From NCBI RefSeq assembly GCF_963853765.1, contig NC_088858.1, forward strand, positions 36,518,001 to 36,582,000: a stretch of 64,000 nucleotides of DNA, in the 5' to 3' direction. The DNA comes from Magallana gigas (Eukaryota). Within the stretch, counting starts at the first letter, position 1; each line of letters opens with the position of its first letter. Shown here piece by piece: positions 53,397-64,000 of the stretch. Position numbers and translations under genes: made by a program. Under the pieces are notes generated by a model that saw only the letters and a program-made list of their open reading frames with translations, searched no databases and had not been told where the DNA came from.

Positions 53397-53712
53397 CTCA
53401 CCAAATATATTTCTTTCTGGAAGTGTTCATTTACATTTTTGGTTTCAGTTTGTATATTTCCGGAAGTCATAACGATTTGACTAATAACCCCAAAATTAAT
53501 GTGGGTATATTTTTAGATGATTTACAAAATACCTTTTAAAATTATGTTTTTCATATAATTCAATATTGTTATATTCCCCGTTATTGTCTGTTTTGTTCTG
53601 ATAGCTTAAGTTTCATTTGACTTTTAAATAAACAATTAAATTAAAAACGTTATACAAAGTTAAATTGGTTCACTTCAGCTGTTGAAAGAGAACCAAATTA
53701 AAAACACTGAGG
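53397..53712. promoter_or_regulatory. Candidate bidirectional promoter between DCP2 and NGRN
   Basis: The two start codons are head-to-head 316 nt apart. ETS/GABP-type CCGGAAGT at 53460-53467 and CTGGAAGTG at 53417-53425. Confidence 0.55.
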
Positions 53713-55017
53713 ATGATGACCACATGTGTTGGGTTACTAAAATTAGGAAGAGGGGTACGATTTCCAGTAAGATTTTTAGCCTCTAGACCAGATAAAAAGC
53801 AGCATGATAGGTATGCCGAAAGAATTTCAGGGAAAACGGTTTCCAGAATAGTCAAGGAAACGAAAGAAGATGAAATGCTGGAATATGGTGGATCATATGA
53901 AAAGGATCCTATGGATGAGCTTTTGAACACTTACGAACATGTAGGGTAGGTATTTTTAAAGTTTTTATGATACATTTCTCTCTGATGAAGAATTTGCAGG
54001 TATGCATGACAGGATACACAGTTGCAGGTATGCATGTTACCCATGTATACACACAGGATGCACAGACTACAAGTACATGTATATGTATATGGTATTACTG
54101 TATACAAATATAAGATATAAGTCCTAGGACTTATGTGGCATTGATATTTGAAAAAAATTGTGACCAGGTGATTATTTGTAATATCTAATTATTTTTTTTT
54201 CTTCAGATATGAACACAGTAGGATGAACCAAAAAATTTTCCGCAAAAAATACATAGAGAGCACCCGTGAGGCCAACCTCCTAACATGGCAGGCAAAGCAA
54301 CAAATCATTCACCTGTGTACGAAAGAGGATTGGTCCCCTCAGGAGATAGCAGAGAGCTTTCCCATCAGCGCAGGGAACGTCAGAAAACTTTTGCACAGCA
54401 AAAACGCAACCTTAACTCCATCAGAAATTGTACAGCATGATAAGAAAATTATGAGGAAGTGGCAGAGACTGCTGGAGGCAGGAAACAACTTGGGTAAAAG
54501 TCCCATTGACCCGGAACTGAAGGAGATTGTTGAGAGTGAAAGAATTAAACTTCTCCATAATGCTGCGGGAGCATCAAATCTTCCTGTTCCCGTTCCTAAG
54601 GAAGAGGAAGCAAGAGAGGAGAATAGCCACCTGGATTTATACACATTTCATTACATAGATGCTAACATGAAAAAGAGGGATTTGAAAAAGCACAAGAAAT
54701 TTGAAGGACAATTCATGAAACTGTACCAAATATGTCACAAAGATTCTCAACCAGTACAAGATGCAAGTGTTGTAGATAAAAATGAAACCAGTCCTTTGGA
54801 AAAGGAGGCGGAAAAGTTGAAATTACTTCAAGCCCTGGCAAAAAATTATGCAAATGAACACAGTGAAGATAAGGATGAACAATGTGATGCTTTGTCAAAC
54901 AGGTATTCAGATCAACACAATTTGAAGGAGGATGTTAAAACTCAAGACCATCCGGAACAATTTAACAATGAATGGTTTGGTCCACCTCAAATTAAGAGAA
55001 AAAGTTCAGATAAATGA
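53713..55017 (+). CDS. NGRN: Neugrin (mitochondrial large-ribosomal-subunit assembly factor, Rrg9 family), ~347 aa
   Basis: Exons 53713-53945 and 54207-55017 (GT-AG, phase 2). Arg-rich N-terminus resembles a mitochondrial transit peptide. LLTWQAKQQIIHLCTKEDWSPQEIAESFPISAGNVRKLLHSK resembles the neugrin core. AATAAA signals near 55047 and 55066. Confidence 0.75.
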
Positions 55018-55909
55018 TTCAAATGTACATATGACTTATTTGTACAATAAAGGTAATGGAATATAATAAATAGAATTTGCAAGATAATTTAGTGATGTTT
55101 CATTCATTGCAATTTAGTGAGATTTTAGTTCATTCAGTACTTTTTCAGTAAAAATTGGATAATGTGAAGTTCTAGAGACCAGGTAGATTTACTTTGCTAT
55201 AACCGTAATTCTTTGTATCAACATACATAATAATAGGTATAGCAAATTCACTATATGCATGTTTTTTTTTCATATCATTTCCATTTTTGCCCTATAAGGC
55301 ATTTGACAAAATATACCTTGACCTTCCCTTGAAACCAAATATAATCGGAAATTGAAGGATTTATGTTGAAAAATTATTTCAAATAGTTGTTTCTATGGTG
55401 GTGCTAAGCTTTAAAATAACATTTGTATAAACAAATTCACTGTAAAAGTAGTCAATTTCATTATTTTCAACCTAAAGAGAAGTCAAAAACAGTTTGCTAT
55501 ATCTTTAAACTGATTATAACTGTTTTAAAATTCTGACATAAAAAATATTGCAGTATTTTTTCACCCAGCAAAATACATTGAGTATATCAAACTGTCTTTA
55601 AAAAAAATAGAATAAAAATACAGCACTATAGAAAGTTATAACAAAAAAAAATGTCATGCGCTCTCGAATTAAAGTCTCTGGTAACTCGACCATTGACCTG
55701 ATGATAGAGTAAACAACCTATACCAAGTTCCATGTACCAAACTTAAAAGATAAATTAACTTTGCTTCATGGTTATTATTGTTACATGCAGATTTATTTTG
55801 ATAGCTTATCAAGTTGTGTAGATATGGACGTCACGACTTATCAAATAAAGTGGGTATATATTTATCATCCAGAGCTAATACAGGGCGCTGTGATATTTAA
55901 CATACTGGC

Positions 55910-58900
55910 ATGATGTATACCCTCTGTCTCCTATTATTATTTATTGCATGCTACTTAATACAGGATAGAATTGCAGCCCAAGGTAAGATTACTCACTTGC
56001 ATGAGACCAAGTGAAAATACTAACCACGCGCGGATCCACAATTTTTTTTCCCAAGAACGAGGTTCGAGAGAGAGTTTTTGTTTGTTTGCCATTTTAAAAG
56101 TAATTTTACAATGCGAATGAATAACTTGATAAGTTCCATAAGACTGAATTTTCCAGAAGAGGGGGTTGAGGGTATGGACTCCCCTCCCCCACTTATCCCA
56201 TGCATGATAGCTATTTGAATCTTTGTTTTACATGTTCCATCCATGAGCATGCTTGTGTCAATGACATGTTAACATTTAAGGTCGCCCTTGCTCCAAGTTA
56301 TCGTTTGGTCCGGGAAACATTGTATGTCGCTGCAATGCCTCATATTGTGATACAGTTGAACCTATAGAGCCCCTGACGTCTGGAAGCTTTGCTCTGTACA
56401 CGTCCAACAGCAATGGAAGTCGATTGGTAAAAAGCGTGGGTAGCCTCTCCAAATCTACAGCGGGTGGTAAGATGCTAGCTTCTGTTTATTTATTTTCATC
56501 TTGTGTTTATAATCCATTGTTTTCAAGAAACGTTACCTGTTTTTAGATAAACTTATTAAATAACTTCATTGGGTAGATATCGCCTTAATAAATTAACGTT
56601 TATTGTGATTTACCTATACTTTCACCATCTTGGTTGCTGTCCATTTGTAACTCTTTTTTTGAAGTTGTGGTTAGAATAGACACAAACACTAGCTACCAGT
56701 CTCTGTTTGGTTTTGGCGGGGCTTTCACTGATGCTGCAGCCATCAACATAGCTAATTTGTCATCTGGCGCGGCAAATTACGTCATTGACTCCTATTACGG
56801 GCCCCAAGGTAAGCGGTTGATGTACTTGATGTTTACGTCTCAAAAAGAGTTAATACCAATCGAGCTTCATATACATGTATGTCGTAATACTGTGTTTCCA
56901 ACAATGTATATCAGCTTAATTGCACCCCCATTTGCCTCTCCATAAAAAAGTTTCCATGCATGTACATGAAGGTGTAGTTTGACATTTCTTGGTATTAAAA
57001 ATTAAAGAAACTATAAAATACAAAAACATTTGTTACAAGTCACAAAAAGATTAGATATTTGTTTACAATCCCTTTTCAGGGATAGAGTATTCCGTCGGCC
57101 GGGTGCCTATAGGAAGCTGTGATTTCTCTACACATCCCTACTCGTATGATGATGTTGACGGAGACTTTAATTTGACCAAGTTTCAACTCGCCAAAGAAGA
57201 TTTGACTCTAAAGGTGCTTAATTAAATTACGTCGTTTCTTTGTATGCATATTGCCGTTTTACGACACAGAAACACTGCATTTTATTTGAAATGACAAGTA
57301 AAGACAATGATAGTAAATAAATTCATAAAATTAATCATTTATCGACATAATGTTTAGCATTTTCGTAATTATTAATTACACTTGACCTTTAAATAACCAA
57401 ACATGAACCTTATATACACCTTTTAATCAGATTCCACTTATTCAAAGAGCGATATCTGTCAGTAAGAGGAACATCTCGTTTTTCGGAAGTCCTTGGACAG
57501 CACCTGCATGGATGAAGACGAACAACAACCTGACTGGGAAAGGCTTTATACGGGGAGAGGCGGGCAACTCTTACCATAAAGCCTGGNNNNNNNNNNNNNN
57601 NNNNNNNNNNNNNNNNNNNNNNNNNNNNNNNNNNNNNNNNNNNNNNNNNNNNNNNNNNNNNNNNNNNNNNNNNNNNNNNNNNNNNNNNNNNNNNNNNNNN
57701 NNNNNNNNNNNNNNNNNNNNNNNNNNNNNNNNNNNNNNTATTATTAAAATGAAATAATATAAAACATATTAAAACTTTGTATAACGCTTAGTATTTCCTA
57801 ATTCCGACATGGTGCTCAATTAACATTCAAGATTCCTTGATGCATACAAGCAACACAACATCAGCTTTTGGGGACTGACTGCCCAGAATGAACCAACAGA
57901 CGGGAACATTGACCATTTTCCATTCCAGGCCACTGGCTGGACGCCTGAGCAACAACGAGACTTCATTGCCAAGGACCTAGGGCCGACGCTTCATGCGAAT
58001 GGTTACAAGGACATCAAACTAATGATGCTAGACGATCAAAGGCTTCTGATGACATATTGGGCTGACACGGTAATCAGAAAATTAATCTGATTTTAATTAA
58101 GTTCTCTTAGAAATGAGATTCCTTAGCCTTTACCGGTATCTATTTTTGTCAACATTGATTTAGAAAGATCTTTCTTGAATTCGTTTTTTAGGTTAGAAAT
58201 GCAGAAAAATATGTCGTGGGTTTTTTCGGGGGTGTTTTTCTAAATTGCTTTTAATGTTTGTAGTCAATAGAGTTGGCTACTTACAATAAAATAATTTTTA
58301 TTTATCTTTTAATTTATTTATTTTTACATGTATCTTATCAGATTATAACATACTATTGAAATAAAATCTGATTTCTGGTGTTAAACTCTCATTTTTAATC
58401 TAAAGCCTTTTTGAATATGAAAAATCAATTAAAATCATTAATTGATCTTGTTTTATTTTGAAAAAAGATGGATGTATATTTAAGCGTGTAAAATGCCCAT
58501 ACACGGTCGAACAAACTACTGAAAAATTAAAATATCAATAAATCTTATATTTTAAAAAAAAATCATATAAAACAATATGTTTAACGTATCATTGATTTTA
58601 AACCTATTAATATGTTCAATACTTGGAATATGTTGACTCAAACAGGCGTATACATATCAAAACCTGCAAATAGTGTCATTTTTTAGAACTTTAAGGCATT
58701 TTCATTTATAGAGTGGGTCTGTGCTCCATATTTTTCTCATAGTCTAAATAAGGTCTATTGGAAAACAAACCGATTTCAATCAACAAAATAGTGGAGAGAT
58801 GACCCACTATACATTAAAATTATTATTTTGTATCCCAACAATGGAACGTTTTGAAAAAAAATATTTATACAAGTCCGTAAATTCGTGGCCAAAGTCACAT

Positions 58901-60891
58901 ATAATATTTAAACAGCCTTCTTTGTTGTGTCTTAAGCTAACCTTATATATCTAGGGTTTTTATGGTATGGGTTCGATACCACTAAAATTTCAGGCAATAT
59001 CTTTTTTTATCGTTTGTTAAATATATTAAAAACTGAATGTAGTTAGAAATTGTGCTTTTACAAACTTGTATTATAATATATTTGAATAGATTTAATTGTG
59101 AAAAAATAAATTCAAAATTGTATTTCACGACTAAACCGAATGGACATTTGCACCATCCTATTCCCCTATCTTCTTTAAAAGCCATTGCTTCCATTTTGAA
59201 GATTCTCACGGATCCAGATGCCAGCAAATTCATTTCCGGTGTTGCAGTTCATTGGTATATGGATGCTATATCCCCCACGTTTGCGCTTGACTACGTCCAT
59301 AAAAAGTTCCCGGACCATTTCATGTTTGGAACAGAGGCCTGTTATGATACGGTCATCCATCCCGTCAACCTTGGAAACTGGAAACACGCGGAGGGATATG
59401 CTAATGATATAATGCAGGTACATGTTCATATAAATACCTAAAATATAATATTTATCTAAAATCTTGTAAAAGTGGAGTTGTTCCTAACATGATATTCAAC
59501 AAAAAAATGAGACCGGTTGATTCGTATATGGTTGTTGCGGAAACAAAGGGTTTATTTTATTTTTTTGATTTCCTATATATGAGGACACGTATTTATGATT
59601 TATGAATGGAATCAAGTTTTTTTTTAATCTGATCATAATTTTGCCAACCAAAAAAAAAACCCACAGAAAAACCAACCAATTATATAACCACCTCTGCATT
59701 AAATACCCTCTCCCCATCACCAAAAAAACCCCAACAACTACATGTATCTATAAAAGCACTATTTAAAGAACTTTTTTTTATTGCGGAAGGATCTGGAACA
59801 CTGGGTCACGGGGTGGACGGACTGGAACCTTGCCCTCAATATGGAGGGAGGGCCAAACTGGGTACACAATTATGTCGACAGCCCCATCATCGTCAATGCG
59901 GAGAAGGATGAGTTCTACAAACAGCCTATGTTCTATGCAATGGGACACTTTAGGTTAGTACTCACTTGAGCATGATTTGATTTAATAAAATCATTTTTTT
60001 TCCAAATGCTAGTAAACCAATGAATTGTTTTTATTAGGAATTCTCTGAAACATTGATAAACTTTTTTTTTAAAATGACATGTTGAGTTCTTACATAAAAA
60101 ATCACTTCATATTTACGCATAAATATTGTTTTCTCCTGAACTATTAAAAAGATAAAATCAATTTTTTTCATACATCTGTAGATTGACGTCAACATGGTTC
60201 ATATACATGTACATACATGTATTCATAGATTTTTATATACTAGTATTATAATTTTTTACTATAGTAAATTCCTTCCCCCTGGATCTCTTCGAATTGGACA
60301 CACAGTTAAAGGATCAGTTCCAAAGGATATCAAGATCTTGAGTTTTAAAACACCAAGCAAATATTTCGTGATAGTTATCCTAAATAAGTGAGTAAAACAC
60401 TGGTGGGGGTGTAATCTAATTAATGACAAAATTTCTATATATATATATTGATGACAACAATTTATTCTTTCAAAATATTTACTGAAGAAATATGCCAGTC
60501 TGTTGTTTTTTCCTTGAATGTTTGCTATTTACTAAACCAAGACGCACATCTAATGATTTAAACTCGGGTATTATTTTATGAGATTAGAATTTCAAAGAGT
60601 CCACCTCATCAGACAAGTTGTATCATCTGCACTGAATTGGCAATGTTCACGCATTGGATAAAAATTATCTTACGGCAAATCAACTCCCTTAAGTAGCTTC
60701 ACTGACTCAGATGTTTTAATGGACGACTTTTTATGTACTTGTATTTCATTTATTTTATGATATAGTTACATAAGTATTCCATATTGTAGATCCGACACCG
60801 ACTTCAAATTGTGTGTGCAGATCCCTTCAGGTGAATGCATAAACATTACGGCAGCACAGCACTCCATTAATACTGTAGTCACAAGTACTTC

Positions 60892-60898
<7 letters not shown>
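55910..60898 (+). CDS. GBA: Lysosomal acid glucosylceramidase (glycoside hydrolase family 30)
   Basis: Exons 55910-55982 (signal peptide), 56281-56466 (RPC...[10 protein letters not shown]), 56665-56808 ([10 protein letters not shown]), 57080-57213, 57431-(gap at 57587), 57832-58069 (QNEP acid/base), 59202-59417 (GTEAC nucleophile), 59790-59953 (GWTDWNLAL), 60265-60387, 60790-60898. The end of exon 5 lies in the N-gap. Confidence 0.93.
57587..57738. other. Assembly gap (152 N) removing the end of GBA exon 5
   Basis: Run of N immediately after ...YHKAW. Confidence 1.
58484..59176 (+). repeat. ~700-bp interspersed repeat, copy 1, in GBA intron 6
   Basis: Colinear and highly similar to 62940-63660. 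Confidence 0.9.
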
Positions 60899-60931
<33 letters not shown>

Positions 60932-61544
60932 CTTTTAATATGAAATAGAAATTGTTGTAAATAAAAACATATCGCAAAAACGCAGACCAATAAACTGGTT
61001 AGTAATATCTATAAAATAATTTTGAATCTGTTATTTATTCTTCAGTATTTTATTAACAGGATTATGGAGGAAAACAAATTTGAAAATAACAATGAAAGCT
61101 ATATATAATTATAAAATCAGAACATTAATTTTTTATAACACAGCAACACAATACCAGTTTATTAAACAGAAATCAATACATGAAGATAATCATGAAGGGA
61201 ATAGCCAAGTATAAAACAATATATAAACAACAGCAATACATTTTAGCAATAAACATTGAAAAACAATCTCTGTTGAACAACACTGACTTAATGGCCGTGT
61301 ACTTGTGAGCTGTTTGTATCAGCTCTTCTTGTGCATTGCTAAGGTTTCTCCACAACAGCAATACATACATGTAATCTAGTGGCAATTTTACAAAGTAAGT
61401 GTGTATGTACAGTAAAATCAATTATCAACAATTTACATGTAGAATATTTGATTGCTTTTGGCGAATATCTAAATGTACCTTTTTATAAGCATGACAATAA
61501 TCTATATTAATTATATTAAAAAATCAAAAGTCGGTGTTAAACGG

Positions 61545-62569
61545 CTAATTTTCGACGAGGGTGGATTGCATTACAGTTGCTTCTGACCCTGGTTGACCTT
61601 TCAGACGTGTGAGGAGACGTCGACACTCTCGTCTGAAGTTTTCTCCGCCAACACAGTAAAGCAGGAAGTTTATCGTGTTGTTCATAAACATGACTAGATT
61701 TGTGATAGCCCATGCCAAAACGAGACGGGCAGTTGTGTAGCTTGAAGTGTCAGCAGAAAATGTTTCGTAAAAAGCAAGATAAATGGAGACCGGGGTACTT
61801 GAAATGAGAAAAGTGGTATTCAATGCAATGAGGGTTATTGTAAGAGATTGGACCTTGCTCTTTTTTATCCCCTGCGGAGCAACTGCTGTGTTTAATTTTT
61901 GTTTTCTTTTATAAAGGTTTGAAAGAATACAAATATTACAAAATAAAATTATTGAAAATGGAATTGCGTTGAATTTAGCTAAATCAACCCAAGGCCAGAT
62001 GCTGACATAAAACCTTTGATAATCTTCGTGCTCGAAGAAACATTGCAGCAATGTAGTTTGATTGTTTTCATCCTTCGTAACATCGCCTATACCGTACATT
62101 ATATGTGAATTAATTAGCATTAACGTTCCAACTACTGCTACTAGAATTGATATGGCTGTTGTTCTTGTACAGACTGACTTCGTAATATGTGGATACCATA
62201 CCAATGCAAGTCGTTCAAAAGATACGACTACTAGAATCCACGCCGAGGTGTCCACAGTGACATAGACCAACCATATATGAACTTTACAGAGAAACTCGCT
62301 GAAGTGGCGGACATCAATTTCAAAAGTTGCCAAGATCCAGTATCGCAAAAGGCCTATGTAGAGAACAGCCATATCATTGAAGGACAGGGCCACCAAATAC
62401 ATGACCGTCGTTTGGCGGCGCATAGATTTTTGAAGAAGAACAACGATGGAGAAGATGTTCCCAATGGTGCCCAATACTATCATGACTGGGGAACAGTATT
62501 TCCATAGGTTTTTCCCAATATGATACTCTAGGTATACTTCTGGAGAGGACTCATTCCCTGGAATTCCCA
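61545..62569 (-). CDS. Rhodopsin-class (class A) orphan peptide GPCR, FMRFamide-receptor-like; main coding exon, 5' exon not located
   Basis: Seven hydrophobic segments with GN (TM1), LSFND (TM2), ERL (DRY variant), TM6 SSTP, TM7 NNTINFLLY, helix-8 GENFR. The ORF-track start at 62588 is TTG; a splice acceptor TTATTTTGCAG ends at 62570. Confidence 0.88.
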
Positions 62570-62860
62570 CTGCAAAATAAACGACCAAGTTGTTTTAATC
62601 TCAAATGTTGAGCATTATTTCTTTTTAAAATATAAATGTAATTATTTGTAACCAATATCACTTTCTGATTTAAAATAACTTGTTTGGGATGTAATATTTC
62701 AAATAGGATAAAAAAAAATACGCTACAAACTTGGATTTACTCTTTCTTTGCAAAAAATACGGTAAATCCGTATAATTAAAACATACAACTATATCTGTAA
62801 CCGAGTTGTTCTGTGACAGAACTATGTAGAAAATTGATATCTTTATTAGTAGATTGACGA

Positions 62861-62904
<44 letters not shown>

Positions 62905-62939
62905 TAATATATATATACTCGTATATAAGAATGAATAAG

Positions 62940-63660
62940 GCGTGTAAAATGCACATACACTGTCGGACAAGCTACTGAAAAATTAAATATCAATAAATCT
63001 AATACTTTTTAAAAAAAATCATTTAAAACAATATATATTTAACGAATCATTGATTTTTAACCTATAGGTATGTTCAATACTTGAAATATGTTGACTCAAA
63101 CAGGCGTATACGTATCAAAACCTGCAAATACTGCCATTTTTTAGAACTTCAAGGCATTTTCTTCTATAGAGTGGGTCTGTGCTCTATATTTTTCTCATAG
63201 TCTAAATAAGGTCTATCGGAAAACAAACCGATTTCAATCAACAAAATAGTGGAGAGATGACCCACTATACATTAAAATTATCATTTTGTATCCCAACAAC
63301 TGAACGTTTTGAAAAAATAATACAAGTTCGGTAGTTCGTGACCTTAGTCACACATAATATTTAAAAAGCCCACTTTGTTGTGTCTGAAATGGCTCAGTGG
63401 TTAGAGTACCTGGCATAAGCTAACCTTATATATCTAGGGTTTTTATATTACGGGTTCGATACCACCAAAATTTCCGACAATATTTTTATTTCTTATTTAT
63501 TGTTAAATATATCAAAAACTGGCTATAGTTAGAAATTTTGTTTTTGCAAAGTTGTATTATAACATATTTGAATAGATTTAATTGGGGGAAAATAAATTTA
63601 AAATTGTATTTCACTACTAAACCGAATGGTCATTTGCACCTTCTTTCCACCATCTTCTTT
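62940..63660 (+). repeat. ~720-bp interspersed repeat, copy 2, containing a tRNA-derived A/B-box segment
   Basis: Direct repeat of 58484-59176. A box TGGCTCAGTGG at 63390-63400; B box GGTTCGATACC at 63453-63463. Confidence 0.88.
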
Positions 63661-64000
63661 CTAATATAAATACACCAATTGCATATGGCACTGGGCCGGA
63701 TCATTATGACATTGTCAAGTTGACATTTTGGCACCTGCTATTTTGTGAAAATGCATAAATACCAAATGATAGATCATCTCATAGTGTACCTCATATGTCA
63801 GGTCAGGTATATACCTTCACAAATAGATATCTTATAGGGAAAATACATGTAATAAATCACATAAGAGAAATAATTTTCATACAAGAAATATTTTTTTTAA
63901 CCCGTAGGATATCTTAAAATTCTACGGGAATTATATTTCCTTTAGGAGAAAAGTATTTCATACAGGATTTAATTCAGACAGGTAGATTTAATGTAGGAAA

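Noticed and set aside
54339-54898. Antisense ORFs within NGRN exon 2 (and similar ones opposite the VWA, GBA and GPCR exons)
   Set aside because: These are shadow frames of real coding exons.
6516-62569. Ligand-receptor pairing of the prokineticin-like peptide with the GPCR
   Set aside because: They are 55 kb apart with unrelated genes between them. The GPCR motifs (ERL, NFLLY) do not resemble prokineticin receptors.
63382-63478. Functional tRNA gene
   Set aside because: There is no clean anticodon arm or acceptor stem, and the segment is embedded in a duplicated repeat.

Overview
AT-rich, intron-rich animal DNA. The repeat families and gene set suggest a bivalve mollusc, probably an oyster (inference). 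There are two N-gaps, at 12295-12427 and 57587-57738. Splicing the exons by hand gives ten protein-coding genes. In order: (1) a secreted three-VWA-domain protein (-); (2) a 109-aa secreted 10-Cys prokineticin/astakine/colipase-fold peptide (-) that the ORF track misses; (3-6) a tandem array of four universal stress protein (USP) paralogs (-) sharing a 4-exon layout; (7) DCP2 (-), with an 8.6-kb AT-AC U12-type intron; (8) NGRN (+), head-to-head with DCP2; (9) lysosomal glucosylceramidase GBA (+); (10) an orphan rhodopsin-class peptide GPCR (-), convergent with GBA. One USP copy appears to use two GC-AG introns, one has a last-exon frameshift, and two have tandemly amplified splice-site regions. 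Interspersed elements include MITEs, a complete non-autonomous Helitron, a tRNA-derived SINE, Helentron/HINE-like ends, and a pair of inverted ~550-620 bp arms with 48-bp palindrome-containing arrays inside the DCP2 minor intron. All gene models are manual and need RNA-seq confirmation.
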